Assembly (NCBI GenBank): GCA_003644385.1
Contig: QNCD01000001.1
Span: forward strand, 598-64,597
DNA length: 64,000 nt
Direction of reading: 5' to 3'
Origin: Candidatus Omnitrophota bacterium
GTDB taxonomy: Bacteria; Omnitrophota; Gorgyraeia; Gygaellales; Profunditerraquicolaceae
Shown: piece after piece, positions 63,995 to 64,000 of the stretch
How positions within the stretch are numbered: position 1 is the first letter of the stretch
Layout of the letters: every line of letters begins with the position of its first letter
Program-made: the position numbers and the translations under genes
The notes under the pieces: generated by a model
What the model saw: only the letters and a program-made list of their open reading frames with translations
The model's database searches: none
Told to the model about the DNA's origin: nothing

Positions 63995-64000
63995 AGTTAT

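Overview
This 64-kb window reads as chromosomal DNA from a moderately AT-rich diderm bacterium (LPS KdtA, OM beta-barrel and lipoproteins, type IV pilins). It is probably an anaerobe (Rnf complex, NrdR, ferredoxins, a hydrogenase-type protease and an Mrp-like subunit at the window edge). About 90% of it is coding, almost all on the minus strand. Recognisable housekeeping blocks are dprA-topA-xerC, aroK-spoVG-aroC, a long purine operon (purB-purL-LOG-purF-purM-purD-purE), tsaC::ywlE-rpiB-glyA, nrdR and cca. Further along are the rnf cluster with purN, eno-ftsB, ftsH, cspA, and three tRNAs (fMet, Thr-CGU, Phe-GAA). I could not identify a clear-cut novel multi-gene system. The most unusual items are listed below. 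(1) A 1.3-kb strongly AT-rich islet carrying a membrane-anchored SGNH hydrolase, inserted at tRNA-fMet and bounded by a perfect 42-bp direct repeat of the tRNA 3' half, with no integrase. (2) A 230-bp GC-rich element with imperfect terminal inverted repeats, sitting between purM and purD (MITE-like or structured RNA). (3) A purF whose N-terminal nucleophile codon is Ser rather than Cys. (4) Several uncommon domain fusions: Macro-NUDIX, TsaC-LMW phosphatase, an APC permease with a PTS-EIIA(Ntr) domain, and cNMP-binding/ParA-like/patatin. (5) A terminator-like hairpin inside the cspA leader. (6) A zupT pseudogene with a poly-A frameshift, and a possibly frameshifted pseudopilin. All calls rest on motif recognition by eye, with no database search, so product names are family-level inferences.
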